DNA from: Selaginella moellendorffii
Taxonomy: Eukaryota; Plantae; Lycopodiophyta
NCBI RefSeq assembly: GCF_000143415.4
Contig: NW_003314441.1
Coordinates: 71,482-135,481, forward strand
DNA: 64,000 nt
Direction: 5' to 3'
Shown: one piece after another, positions 1 to 11,522 of the stretch
Numbering within the stretch: position 1 is the stretch's first letter
Layout: every line of letters begins with the position of its first letter
Made by a program: the position numbers and the translations under genes
The notes under the pieces: model-generated
Told to the model about the DNA's origin: nothing
Database searches by the model: none
Seen by the model: the letters and a program-made list of their open reading frames with translations, nothing else

Positions 1-561
1 ATTTCGGCTTGCGATCCTCAGCTCCTGCCAACACAGGACTGGGAAGCCAAGTTCTTGCTCACTTTCGCCAGCCTCAGGTCTAGGTTCGAAGCTCGCGAGC
101 CAAGCTCGTCTCACAGGCCCGTGCCGCACATGAAAGACGACTGTGGATGGAAGGCTCTGTGCTTTGGCAAGGGAGGTGGTGGTGTGGAGGATGGCGTCCC
201 CGTGGCCGAGGAGCTGGAGGAATTTGGTGCCGGGCCACTGCTTTTCTACCGGGGAGAGCTCCACACTCTGCTCGACTTGGATGAAGTGAGTCGAGCAGAT
301 CTGCTGCAAAAGCACATAAGGTGGTTTCAAGGCTTGGATCACCTCCCCCACGACAGGGCAGTGTGGCTCTTTGCCTTGACTGCAGCCGTGGGCAAGCCCA
401 TTGATGCAGAGACGAGCTTTGCCCTGAGGACGCTATTGAGAAGCTGCGCTGCAATCCGAGCTTCCAAAACGTTTAAAGACCAAGGCGAGCTCCAGATGCT
501 CAACATGATTATCACAGTTGCTGGTAAATACTTTGGACAGGATGACAGTCATTGCTTATAA
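1..561 (+). CDS. GEMIN2: Gemin2 / SMN-interacting protein 1, 3' part (5' end outside window)
   Basis: Frame 1 is open from base 1 (ISACDPQLLPTQDWEAKFLLTFASLR...). The C-terminus WLFALTAAVGKPIDAETSFALRTLLRSCA...LNMIITVAGKYFGQ matches the SIP1/Gemin2 signature. Stop at 559-561. Confidence 0.85.
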   Translation: MSACDPQLLPTQDWEAKFLLTFASLRSRFEAREPSSSHRPVPHMKDDCGWKALCFGKGGGGVEDGVPVAEELEEFGAGPLLFYRGELHTLLDLDEVSRADLLQKHIRWFQGLDHLPHDRAVWLFALTAAVGKPIDAETSFALRTLLRSCAAIRASKTFKDQGELQMLNMIITVAGKYFGQDDSHCL

Positions 562-603
562 GAAAAAGGAGGGAAAATTCTAGAAAAGCGCGTTCCTTCC
601 TAC

Positions 604-1773
604 TTAGATGGTATTTAGCTTCTTCTCCAGCAGCTCCTCCTCCACCTCGCAGTAGTCCATTGCCAGCTTGAGCCGTCTCTTCATGCTCGAGTACTCAGCA
701 ATTTGGTCCTCCAAGTTCCTCTTGCGGCTCTCCCGCGATCCTGCCTTGGTCAGCTCGCTTCCCAGCTTATGGCTTGCCATGACGGAGTGTAGCAGTGAAG
801 CCGCTATGGTGAGCACCGGATCCGAGCTCATGGCGGTTCCTCCATCGCCACCCTTGAGTGCCGCCTTGAGTTCGTCGCCAACTCTGTCTTCGCCACCCTT
901 CTTGGCCGGAGTCATCTCCACGTCTCCATTGCTGTCCTCGCCAGCATGGTCGGCCGGGAGATCTCGCCCCCACAGCTGCTTGAACACGGCCTGCAGTGCA
1001 TCCACGGCCTGGCTTCGCTTCCGCCCACCCGGCTTGCTGCTCTCGTACTTGTCAAACTTGGCCTTCATGCGCCGGTGCTTGTCGAATATCTGTTCCTTGG
1101 TGAAATCGGTGGACAGCTTCCCCTTGAGCGAGTGGCAAAGCTCCTCCCAGTAAGGGTCCGTCTTGGGCTTGTCGTGGAAGTCGGAGCCGGCCTTGAGATC
1201 GTCCAGCATTTGCTGTGCCAGAATGCTCTCGTCTTTGGCCACCCACAGGCCCTTCTTCGGCCCCGACTTGGGCTGCTGCGGTGCGTCCGTGCCAGCGCCA
1301 TCCTTATCTTGTTGCTGCTGCTGCTGCGCCTGTGATGCTGGGGCCGCTGGTGCTGGCACTGCTGGCGGCGGCGGCGGTGGTGGCGGCGGTGCTACTACTG
1401 TGTCAGTCTCTTCACTAGACCTGTCCACGCTTTGACGCTTCTTAGCCTTGCGAGCAGCCTTAGTCTCCTTCTCCTTGTTGTCCCTCTCCTTTTCCTTGAG
1501 GTTCTCCCTCTCCTTCCCTTTGTCCTCCTTCTTCACCACTTTGTTGGGCTTCTTGGGCGGGGGCGGGGGCGGCTCTGGCGCCTTGACAACCTCCGTGCTG
1601 CTGTCATCCGACTCCGACTCCGTCTCCGTCTCCGACTCTTCCTTGGCCGGGACCGCGACCTTCTGAGCTGCCACTGCCTTCTTCACTTCCTTGGGAGCCG
1701 GGGGAGGAAGAGGGGCGGTGTCGTCGGAGCTCTCGTCAGCTAGGATGCTCTCTCTCGTTTTCTTCTTCGCCAT
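604..1773 (-). CDS. GeBP/STOREKEEPER-like (DUF573) transcription factor, intronless, 389 aa
   Basis: ATG-initiated ORF with an acidic/Pro/Lys-rich N-terminus. The central domain LWVAKDESILAQQM...LKGKLSTDFTKEQIFDKHRRMKAKF...FKQLWG resembles DUF573. Coiled-coil-like C-terminus. Confidence 0.75.
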   Translation of the reverse strand: MAKKKTRESILADESSDDTAPLPPPAPKEVKKAVAAQKVAVPAKEESETETESESDDSSTEVVKAPEPPPPPPKKPNKVVKKEDKGKERENLKEKERDNKEKETKAARKAKKRQSVDRSSEETDTVVAPPPPPPPPPAVPAPAAPASQAQQQQQQDKDGAGTDAPQQPKSGPKKGLWVAKDESILAQQMLDDLKAGSDFHDKPKTDPYWEELCHSLKGKLSTDFTKEQIFDKHRRMKAKFDKYESSKPGGRKRSQAVDALQAVFKQLWGRDLPADHAGEDSNGDVEMTPAKKGGEDRVGDELKAALKGGDGGTAMSSDPVLTIAASLLHSVMASHKLGSELTKAGSRESRKRNLEDQIAEYSSMKRRLKLAMDYCEVEEELLEKKLNTI

Positions 1774-1866
1774 TCTGACAAGAGACCACGAGTAACAAGC
1801 TCACCTTGCTCCGCCGATAAAGGAACCCTAGCTATAAAACCTTGACAGAATATTTTCTGGAATTAA

Positions 1867-4857
1867 CTAGCTCGCTTTGATGCTGTTGGACAGCGTCACG
1901 TACGTGGAGGCCGGAGGCCAGCACGACTCGGACAGGAATCGCTGCCCAGCTTGCCTTCCTCGCTCCACATCACCGTGCAAGGTGCACGACGCAAGCAGGG
2001 CCGACCACGCGTCGCCGCTCACCTCCGCCGCCAACTCCTCCGCCTCCGCCAGGCGTCCGCTCCGACCCAGCAGATCCACAATGCAGCCTTTTTCGATGCT
2101 GCTGGGAGCCACTCCAAAGTCCCGCTCCATGTCCCGGAACGCCTGCCATGCGCCTTCCAAGTCTCCCGAGTGGCTACACGCGCTCAGCAAACTCACAAAC
2201 GTACAGTTTGCTGGATCCACTCCCTGCTGCTGCATCCTGTGGAACAAGCTCTTTACTGTCTCCGTGACTCCCTGCCGGGCACAGGCCGCCATGAACACGT
2301 TCCACGCCCCCGACGAGCTTCTGTGCCATGCAATCCTCTCAAAATGCCTGCTCGACTCCGCCAGCTTCCCACACCTGGCGTAGAGGCTCACCAGTCCGGT
2401 GGCCACGCCCGTGTCCGACTCGAGTCCCAGCTCCCGGACTAGCCTGTCAACCGCTCGGCCTTGCTCGAGTGCTGTGGACTCGGACAAGGAGTCGAGCACA
2501 ACAGCCAGGGTGACCCTGCTCGGCTTGCACCCTTCCACCAGCATGCCTCTCAAGAGCGTCATGACCACCTCATCATCACGTCTCGTCACGTCCTTGGAAC
2601 AGGCGGAAATGAGCGCGTTCCACACCACCACGTCTCTCTCGGTCGTCACCTCAAACACCCGCCTCGAGTCCTCCCACCTCCCGCACTCCCCATACATGTC
2701 GATCAAGCTGCTCGCCACCTCTGCGTCGTCTTCCAGCCCGAGCTCGCGGACGTGCTGGTGGATGATGCCGCCTTGGCACAAGTTGCCATGCTTTGCGAAA
2801 ATGCTGAGCGCCGTGATCAGCGTCACCTTGCTAGGAGTCACTCCTTCCAGTCGCATCCTCTGCAAGCATGCCACCGCCTTTTCACGGCAGTCCTCCTCGT
2901 CGCTTGTCTCGTCGTAGGCCGACAGCAGCGCCGTCCATGACACCACGTCTCGCTTCTCCATTCCCGAGAACACCACCTCCGCGTCGCGTGCACACCAACA
3001 CCTGGCGTACATGTGAATCAGGCTGTTGCTAACTTGAGTGCTGGATCCCAGCCCGCGTTCGCGAATCCACTCGTGAATCTTCTTGCCTTCCTGCGTGATC
3101 GCGACCTGACAACCACCGCTGCAGCAGCTCACTGCTGTTGCAGCCGCCATCAGAGTGATTCCGTTTGGCTTCTCTCCTTGGAGCTGCATTCTCCTCAGCA
3201 GATGCAATGCCTCCTCCCAGTAGCCGCTCTCCGCAAACGCTCCCAACATTGCGTTCCACGAGACCACGTCCCTTCCCAGTCCTTCGAAGGCTCTCTCGGC
3301 CTCCACTAGCATTCCGCACTTGCCATGCACGCTTATGAATGCGTTACGGACCAGAGTGTCCGTCGCCACTCCAGCCTCTACTGTGCAAGTGCCAAGAAGC
3401 TGCCCGAGCTGCATTTTCTTCTTTTCATCCAGCCCCGCGTACGACTCCAGTGCGGAGACGATGGTGAACCGGTCCGGCTGCTGGCCGTCGAGAAGCATCT
3501 GCAAAAACAGCAGCCACGCACCTCCAGAGTCGTCGTGGTTTGCATGAGCGGTGATCATAACGTTCCACAACACACTGTCCCTATGCACCATGGTGTCAAA
3601 CACGTCTCGCGCCCGCCCCAGCTCCCCAAACTCTGCGTACAACTTGACAAGGACGGTCTGGATGACCACGTCCACTGCGATGCCGGCGTCGGTCATGCAA
3701 TCCACCAGGCCCTGCAGCGTCACTGGCACGTCGCACGCCGTGAAGATCCTCGCAAAGCTAACTTCGTCTGGAGATGACGCACCATCGAGGAGCATATTTT
3801 GAAACAGCACCATCGCTTCCTCTTTGAAACCGAGCTCGACGTAAAGACCGATCATGGTGTTCCAGGAAGCACTCGTCTTTACGTATGCGGCGCAGTCGAA
3901 TATCCCCCTGGCCTTTTCGACACCACCCCCGCATTTCCCAAACATGTTGAGCAGCGCATTCACCACGGGAGCGTCCGTCCGGCACTCGTGCTCGGAGATA
4001 CAAGCGTGAATCCGGCTGGCGTCTGCTAGCAAGTCCGGGGTAGAGCAGGCCGTCATAACGTTGATTAAGGCGATCTTATCAGGCGTCACTCCCTCGAGGT
4101 GCATCGAGTAGAAAGTTGTCACTGCTTCCTTGTTCCTGCCATTGCTCACGTAGGCGGCCATCAAAACGCTCCATGGTGCAGAGCGCTCGTGGCACACTGT
4201 GCTCTCGAACACCAGCCGTGCATCTCGCAAGCTCCCACACTTGCCATACATGTTCATCAGTGTTGTTCCCACGAAACTGTCCAACTCGTAGCCGCTGTCC
4301 AAGATCAAAGTGTGTAGCAGCTTTCCCTGTGCAAGGTGGTGACGAGAGTTGAAAGCCTTAAGTAGATTGACGAAGGTGACGTTGTTTGGAGGCACTCCTT
4401 CGAGTTGCATTCTCTGGAATAGCATCATGGATTCTTGGAACATGGTATCTTGACCAGCATACACCGCAATGAGAGAGCTCCAGGATATGACATTCGGCTC
4501 CAGGATGCGGTCAAACGCCTCTTGGGATTCCCTCGGCTTTCCGCACTTGCCATACATGGTCACGAGGATGTTTCCAATGTAGCAATCCTGTTCCAAGTCA
4601 CTCCTCACCTGCTTGAGTTCTTGGTGGATGCGTTTTGCTTGGATGTAATCCGCTGCGTTGCCGCAAGCCAGCAGCAGTCGAGCATACTCCGCTGCCGATT
4701 TCTCCCCCACTGGGCATTTATCGTCCATCCCCTGTTTCGAAGCCTGTGATCTCTGCTCCGCGGCCATAGTGGCAAACCAAATTCTTGGAGGCCATTCTCT
4801 CTTTCCCCACGCTGCTTGAGCACGAGAAAGAGCTCTTCCCGAGGGAGACAAGCGCAT
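1867..4857 (-). CDS. PLS-class PPR protein ending in a short E domain (no DYW); probable organellar RNA-editing factor
   Basis: Intronless ~1000-aa ORF with many P-L-S triplets (VGTTLMNMYGKCGSL, DVVSWNAML, TFVSLLSACSHSG) and an E motif (AWSALLASCTLHGD...ASTYVTLSN). The first in-frame ATG at 4857 gives an Arg/Ser-rich, transit-peptide-like N-terminus. Alternative ATG at 4767. Confidence 0.93.
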   Translation of the reverse strand: MRLSPSGRALSRAQAAWGKREWPPRIWFATMAAEQRSQASKQGMDDKCPVGEKSAAEYARLLLACGNAADYIQAKRIHQELKQVRSDLEQDCYIGNILVTMYGKCGKPRESQEAFDRILEPNVISWSSLIAVYAGQDTMFQESMMLFQRMQLEGVPPNNVTFVNLLKAFNSRHHLAQGKLLHTLILDSGYELDSFVGTTLMNMYGKCGSLRDARLVFESTVCHERSAPWSVLMAAYVSNGRNKEAVTTFYSMHLEGVTPDKIALINVMTACSTPDLLADASRIHACISEHECRTDAPVVNALLNMFGKCGGGVEKARGIFDCAAYVKTSASWNTMIGLYVELGFKEEAMVLFQNMLLDGASSPDEVSFARIFTACDVPVTLQGLVDCMTDAGIAVDVVIQTVLVKLYAEFGELGRARDVFDTMVHRDSVLWNVMITAHANHDDSGGAWLLFLQMLLDGQQPDRFTIVSALESYAGLDEKKKMQLGQLLGTCTVEAGVATDTLVRNAFISVHGKCGMLVEAERAFEGLGRDVVSWNAMLGAFAESGYWEEALHLLRRMQLQGEKPNGITLMAAATAVSCCSGGCQVAITQEGKKIHEWIRERGLGSSTQVSNSLIHMYARCWCARDAEVVFSGMEKRDVVSWTALLSAYDETSDEEDCREKAVACLQRMRLEGVTPSKVTLITALSIFAKHGNLCQGGIIHQHVRELGLEDDAEVASSLIDMYGECGRWEDSRRVFEVTTERDVVVWNALISACSKDVTRRDDEVVMTLLRGMLVEGCKPSRVTLAVVLDSLSESTALEQGRAVDRLVRELGLESDTGVATGLVSLYARCGKLAESSRHFERIAWHRSSSGAWNVFMAACARQGVTETVKSLFHRMQQQGVDPANCTFVSLLSACSHSGDLEGAWQAFRDMERDFGVAPSSIEKGCIVDLLGRSGRLAEAEELAAEVSGDAWSALLASCTLHGDVERGRQAGQRFLSESCWPPASTYVTLSNSIKAS

Positions 4858-4880
4858 TGAAAAGGCAAGCTTTCCACCCT

Positions 4881-5099
4881 TTACAAATACCCCTGCAAGG
4901 CACACACGGGTTCATCCCGGTCATCTTGAAGAAACTTCAAGCCCGCCACCAGATAAGAAACAGTGCTGTGAGGATCAAGCACGAAAACGTGGTGCACAGC
5001 TCTTAGGCCCCGAACAAGGTCCCCTTGATCTCTGCAGCCACCCAGCAGACTAATCCATGCCGCCCGCGACACTCTCTCCCCACTGTGCTTGATCTTCAT
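4881..5099 (-). pseudogene. Isolated PPR E-domain remnant
   Basis: AAWISLLGGCRDQGDLVRGLRAVHHVFVLDPHSTVSYLV resembles the E1/E2 consensus. No PPR array lies upstream, and it is out of frame with the intact PPR gene. Confidence 0.6.
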
Positions 5100-6523
5100 T
5101 CCATCACCTTCTTCGACGTTTCCGACTTTTTTTCTCTGTGAGCTTGAGCAATAGCAGAGCTCTCAGCTTTAACACAGAACAAGAAATAAAGCAGGAAAGA
5201 AAGAGAGAGTTATCGTCGAGAGAGGATTGTGATCAGAGAGCTACAGTGGTGCTAGCACTCAATCACATTCTCATTGCCGAACAAGAGTGATCATCCAGGA
5301 TTGCCTAATAAAATGAAAGAACTTCGAGCCCTTCGCTGGAAAACAAAAACATTCCTGGCAAATAAACTCTTTGTGATTAAGACAAACCTTTTTCTCTATC
5401 GAAAAACAAAAGGAAGAGACGTGCATTTTTTGAGTCAGTCGTGAAATGCCCGAGCGGAAACGAGTGCCATTTCGTCCAAAGTGATCACGAACCATACAAA
5501 ATAATTCCCATTATCTCTGTGGCATTATAAAAAATCTGCCAAATGGATCGTGCTGTCTTCTTCGAGATCTTTCGTAATTTTTCTTTTTTTGCTTACCTCA
5601 ATTGATAGGGAAAAGTTTGTTTATATTGTTTCTTAAACAAGAACCAAGCTCCTCTCGTTTTGTACATATTTCCTGTGGTCAAGTTCACATTAAATCAATC
5701 GGGTGATACTCACCTGTGTTTTCTTTAATTTTCTTGATGCTCGATCTTCTGTGTCCCTTTTTCCTGATGAAAGCCAAGCTGAAAAGCCAAACGATTCAAT
5801 CAATCAATGAGTTTTGGCTGATTTGTATCCTTTGGAGAAAACTTTCATTGAGTTAGAAATTGTGGACCACGTCTTCACCCTGGAAATAAGAAAAGATAGA
5901 AAACAAGTTTTAATCTTCATGCAATCGATAAACAAAAGATTAATAAACCAGCAGCAAGAGCAGCAGCAATCATGAACACAACAGCTGTTGTGCAACAAGC
6001 ACTGAAATAAAAAAAAAGGAGAATAAAAGGGAAAAGAAAGAGAACTGCATTGGAAGGCAAAACATCAATTAAATAGAGCAGTCTGGAGTAGTGAGTTTAA
6101 GCTTTTCTTCTGCATGCTGCAAATTTGGGTGATAGCAGTATTTTTGTCAATAGTGATTTTGTCACTCTAGATTCCCTGCTTGTCATACGTTTTGAAACAA
6201 TTCACCAAAGGTATGGTCACATGGTGAGGAAGTCTTAAACATTAGTTGACTTAATGGATGGGCTTTCAGGCCTGGTGTTAGCAAGCACTACTATAAATGG
6301 AGAGGGACTTCATAGGGATAAAAAAAAATGATATTAGAGAATGGTGTCCCCTATATCTTGTGGTCATCCCATGACTATTTACGGATGGATGGCTCAATTG
6401 TGGAAATATGGTATTGTAATATGGGTGGTCTTATATTACTAATAAGATATTAAGAATGGACACAATTTTAGTGTTAAAGGCAAGTACATTAATAATACTT
6501 TTTAGGTGTCTAAAGTGGGACTG

Positions 6524-8333
6524 TGTAAGCAATTAACTCCTTATAGTGTCATATGCTAAAATATCCCGAAAATCATGACTAGAACAATAAAAAGTTTATC
6601 AAATGAGATTAAGTCCAAGATCAAGTCTAATACCAACTCCAAGACCAAGTTCGAGATCAAGTCCGAGATTCAAGATTGGGTCCAAGACCAAGTCTGAGAT
6701 TGAGTTCAAAACCAAGTTTGAGGTCAATTCCGAGATTGAATCTGAGACTAAATTTGAATATGAATACAGATTGTGGAGTGAACGCTCAAAATCATCATCC
6801 CCCACCCCCGCCCCCTGCAGGGAAGCCTTTGCAAGGGGTTCCAAACGTATAATAGGGATAATGAAGTTAAATACCTAATCTTGAAAGAACTCTCCAATAG
6901 TACTTTTAAACCAAATTGAAGTTGGGATTAGGGGTTAGTGGCCTTTGATGGGAGTGAGTATGGACTCAAGGGATGCTAAAGAGGCCTCCCAAAGAATTGC
7001 ACAAAAGCAACTCCCACTCTTAGATAAGAAATTGATTGCAATGCTCTTAACTCATATGGAGTGGTGCTCTATTTAAGTACTATACAACTTATTGGTCCTT
7101 GCTCCTTCCTAAGGGCTTGAGCATTCTTTTTGGGACAGAAGTGAGGGAGTCAAGATACCTATACCAGGCTATTAAGCCACAGTGTTTCCCTTTGTTGTTT
7201 CCAAGTAAAAGATGCACTCAAGGCTTGGGATTTAGAGGATCCTATTAATAAACTTTGTGTATTATGGGATGTTGAGAACTTCAAAACTTGGTATGCTTAA
7301 TTGCTTGTACTTATGAGGAGTGTAGCCAAATTTTAAGTTCAATCTAACATAAGGAGAGGGATGGAGAGAAAGTTTGAGAATATGTGGAGTAAAACCTTGT
7401 TGGTTATATAATAAATAGCTGGACCTAAGTATTGATCAAGCTAGAGTTGGTAAGATAGGTGGGATCCTTAGTAAAGGAATTTAATTAATGCCAAGGCAAA
7501 GATGTTCGAATAAATGAGGTAAGTTAGTAAACTGGTAAAGGAAAATTTATAACTTACAATTTGGTATAAAATTTTTTTCTATAGTTCTAGCAAAGGATAA
7601 GGTGGATTGCTATGAAATGGCTAAGGTAGATAGAACCTCCTCCAGAGATGGAGCCTTTGATTGAACAAAAAGTTGTGGATGAGGAATCCCTAGATGAAGA
7701 CGACTCAAGTGAGAAAACTTCAAAACAAGAATTTGGGGGTGAGGTTTAGTTGTCCAAGGCTTGATTGGATACTCTAAAAGGATAATTAGTACGTACTAAT
7801 GCTCTACTAAAGACCCTCATACGCAAGCTAAAGCGTGATGAGAAACAATTCGAGGAGTTGGGATTATAGTTAAGCAAAGATATTCAAGAGACAAGCTTAA
7901 TTCATAAATGATTGATCTGGCCACAGAACTTGATGAGATTCTAGTGCTGTGCAAACAAAATTTGTAAGATAGAGTGGAGAAATTTGCTAATAAGCATCAC
8001 AAATTTTGGGAATATAAGGTGGGTGATATTATTTTTATATGAGTGATCTTTTCATTAAATGAGCGGCGAAACACCTTAGTGCTATTGTGAAATGGGAAGA
8101 GTGATAAAATTTCTCATAGATATGTTAGTCCATATAAAGTGTTAGAGTGCATTGGTAAGGTGGCTTATCGGATGCAGCTATCAACTAGAGTAAAAATTCA
8201 TTTGGTATTTTATGTTAGCCAATTGAAAGATATACTATCTTGGAGTGAAAGGCCCAATGCTTCCTTGATATATATAGATATAGAAGATGGACCAAGAACT
8301 TTAGCAAAGTTCTCTAGAATAGGTGATCATTAG
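6524..8333 (+). mobile_element. Degenerate, internally deleted family C Ty3/gypsy element (LTR 6524-7558, PBS ~7562, gag start relic ~7617-7870, integrase tail)
   Basis: The LTR TGTAAG...TTACA is homologous to 53866-55011 and followed by TGGTAT. The downstream sequence matches gag 55071-55330, then jumps to the integrase C-terminus. Confidence 0.8.
8060..8333 (+). pseudogene. Ty3/gypsy integrase C-terminal (GPY/F) relic
   Basis: KISHRYVSPYKVLECIGKVAYRMQLSTRVKIHLVFYVSQLK resembles the KLxPRYxGPYxILERIGxVAYRLxLP...IHPVFHVSQLK consensus. Confidence 0.8.
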
Positions 8334-10119
8334 TACAACTTATTCTTAGGATAGAAGGGGGGAGAATTGTTAGATGCCAGCTTTGACTCCATGGTTAACA
8401 TGGGTTAAAGGGAAGCTCAAAGGCATGGAATTAGGGTAAGGGTTAACTTATCTTAGAGCTCATAATGGACCAATGGGGTAGTGGAGCTCGGGGGTGGTTG
8501 GGTGGTGAACCTTAAGAGGAGATTTAGCATAATCTAGAAAAACTAAATCTTTATCTTTTAGCACTGAGTTTTAACAGTGTTAGGTGTTATAAATTTGTAT
8601 TGCTAAGATGTGGCATTTATGTTACATTTTGTCAAATTGAGTTGGCACTAGATACTAGTGTAAAACTTTGTAGTAGTGATTGTGGTGTTTTTTGATTGAT
8701 GATCAAGTCATTGTGATTTTTATATCATATTCTAGTGATTGTGAGAAATGTGTTTATAAAGTTGTTTGGTCAAAAAATGATCAATCTTAAGTGATTGATA
8801 GTGAAACTAATTTACTTGCATGCAGTAGCATTGTAATAACTTTTGCTAAGTTCTCAATAATGATCCATTATGCTAAGCTTAATTTGGTACCTTAGTTCCT
8901 TGAGTTTGCCCATTGGAGTTTTGGAAAAGGTTATGGCTTATTAGTGAGTGTATAAGCACTTGGAATAAATTTTTGGATGGAGAAAGTGTGTAGCTAAGCA
9001 TTAATATTACTAACACTTGTGTTAGTGAAGGTGGCATTTTTATGATGAGTGATTAGGAATTTTCTTTAAAGCTTATTTTTCATGTTATTTTTCATATTAG
9101 TGTTTTGGCTTCACATTGAATCTTAAAGGTGATTGAAGAAGTGTATTAGTACAATATGGATATCTAAGATATGGTCTTTGTTAAATGGGGCTTTTATTCA
9201 CTAAACCCTATGTTGAGTTCGTTAAGACATGAAACTAGTAAAGAGCCACAACAAAAAGTTTTGTTATGCACAAAACCAACAAAGAGCAAAAAGGGTCTTC
9301 ATATGGTACCTTTAGAAAATTCGTCATAACCTTTTATCTCAAGTCTTAGTCTTTGCTTTGAGTAAAGTTAGCAAGAAGATAATAGGAGAAACTTTAGGTG
9401 CCAAGGGGTTAGTTTTGAGAGGGGAGTTGCTCATGAGCTTGATAGCTCATATTGCCGTAAATGTGGAATTCAAAACACCATTTCTTCATTAGTGTTCATA
9501 ATCATTTGTGAATACTTGCCTCTCTTGTAAGATATAGTCTTTGTGATCGAGTTTAGGGTGTTCATTTTGCATTTATGGATGTTTGGTGTTAAATGTCAAA
9601 TATATAAACATGTTATTAAATCTTTAAGCATATTGTTGGGTTATAACAATTTATGTTGAAATGAACCTATGGGATGTTTTAGGTAGGAGGAAGTTGGTTG
9701 AGTGTTGGAAGTTTGTATTTTTGGACGAAAAGTCATTCTTTCTCTAGGATGGAAAACTTTCCATAAATTTTTTGTAGGCTTTTTAATAGTTAATCTATTA
9801 ATCACTTTGCCCAAAAACCATTCTATTTTCATAAGCCATTGCAAACTGGTGAAAGGGTTGGAGTTCACTTCAATTGATTTAGACCTTAGTAGGTAATTTG
9901 TATGATGCAACTCAAAAGGGATGTTGAGTTTTTAGGGCTAAGGCAATTGAGTTGGATAGAGTTTAGAATTGATATAGAAAAGTGGCTATTGCACTTTTTT
10001 AGAAAAGTGATCTTTGTGACTTTCTTTTATAACATTATACTTGGTAGTAAGTTGAACCTTATATTGGGTTAGACTTTATGAGAGTAGTGAGCTTATTGAT
10101 CTTGATTTGGTCTTGATGG

Positions 10120-10515
10120 TGTAAGCTCTTAAATTTGGATTTCCCAGGAAGTCATCCAACCCAGTACTATTCAAACCCAAGGATGCTTTACCCCAAGTAT
10201 TTTAAGACCCTTAACCGATTCAAAAAGGGGGTGCACTTTTATTCATGGGCCCTTTCCCTCTATATTTGAACCCTATGGATCGTCTCTCAAGTTGTTCTCT
10301 TTGGTTGCTTACAATCCACCACGCTTCCCTACAAGTTCATGCCCTCATGAACGGAAGCTGAGAGCCACAGCTCTCCCAAGAGTCTCGCTCTCTTAACACC
10401 CTACCTCTCGGGTCGAGCCCAGTTGAAGCAAATTAGACTTGCTAGATGTCAATTAATATGTGGTGCAATTCCCCTAACCAACCAATAGAGTCAAACTTAA
10501 GACCCCTTTAATGCT
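10120..10515 (-). mobile_element. Cassandra-like TRIM, one LTR (10120-10313) plus internal domain
   Basis: Homologous to 12342-12740, including the 5S-like segment. Confidence 0.85.
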
Positions 10516-10972
10516 ACCATCTAAGTCTATACTCTCTCCCACCCAAGGCTCTTAAGCCCTAGTCTCAACCTCAAGTTAGTTTGGAAGCACCACTGAAGAG
10601 TTCCTTCAAAACTTATTCTTGGATCTCACTATCCCTACTATACTTTTGGAACCCCCTATGGCCCTCCCCCCCACAGGAGACACATGCTTTCACGGCTTTT
10701 ACCCCACGACTTGTATTAGTATTCGAACTCGGTCTCGGACTTGATCTCAGACTCGATCTTAGACTCAACCTCAGACTTGATCTCAGACTTGACCTTGGAC
10801 TCAGTCTTAGACTTGATCTCAGCGATCTCGGACTCGATCTCGGACCCAACCTCGGACTCTGTTTTGGACTCGATCTTGGACTCGGTCTTGGACTCAGTCT
10901 CGGACTCAGTCTTGGAATCATGCTTTTGGGGATCCTTTAACTTATAACACCTTAGGGAGTTGGTTCCTTACA
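10516..10972 (-). mobile_element. Family C LTR fragment
   Basis: Matches 59330-59899, including the GGACTC-type array, and ends ...GGTTCCTTACA. Confidence 0.8.
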
Positions 10973-11257
10973 TGGTGGGGTGTGGCATTTATGTTGCATT
11001 TTGTTGAATAGAGTCAGCATTTGATACTCATGTAAACTTTTGAAGTAATAAGATGGGCTTGCTTGTGGTGTTGCTCAATTGATAATCAAGTCATTATGAT
11101 TTCCATATCATATCTATATGATCGTGACTAATGTGTTTACAAAGTTTCTTGGTTAGACGATAATCAACCCCAAAGTGGTTAATAGTGAAGTTAGTCTACT
11201 TGCAAGTAGTAACATTAAAGTAGCTTTGATTGAATTCTTGATGGTGGTCCAATTATA

Positions 11258-11522
11258 TGTAAGGGAACAACTCAAGAGATGATTCATAGGGTTCAAATAT
11301 ATAGGGAAAGGGCCCATGAACATAAATACACCCCATTTTCCAATTGATTAAGGGTTTTGGGATACTTGGGGTTAAACGTCCTTAGGTTTGAATAGTACTG
11401 GGTTGGGTAACCTCTTAAAAAGTCCAAATTTAAGAATTTACATTTGGTATCAAAGAGGCCTTAGGTCCGACTCTATTGGTTGGTTTAGGGGAATCACACC
11501 ACATGTTGATTGACATCTGGCA
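11258..11522 (+). mobile_element. Cassandra-like TRIM: LTR (11258-11442), PBS TGGTATCA (11445) and partial internal domain
   Basis: Reverse-orientation homolog of 12536-12934. The 5S-like tract GTTAAACGTCCTTAGGTTTGAATAGTACTGGGTTGGGTAACCTC lies at ~11371-11415. Confidence 0.85.

Noticed and set aside
5764-5820. CTGATGA...GAAA hammerhead-like string
   Set aside because: Stem II is out of register and there is no valid stem III or UH cleavage site.
8550-10110. AT-rich decayed retroelement-like DNA (also ~6130-6520, 23275-24000, 32815-33550)
   Set aside because: Probably old TE relics (8600-8870 recurs at ~10975-11257), but too degraded to classify.
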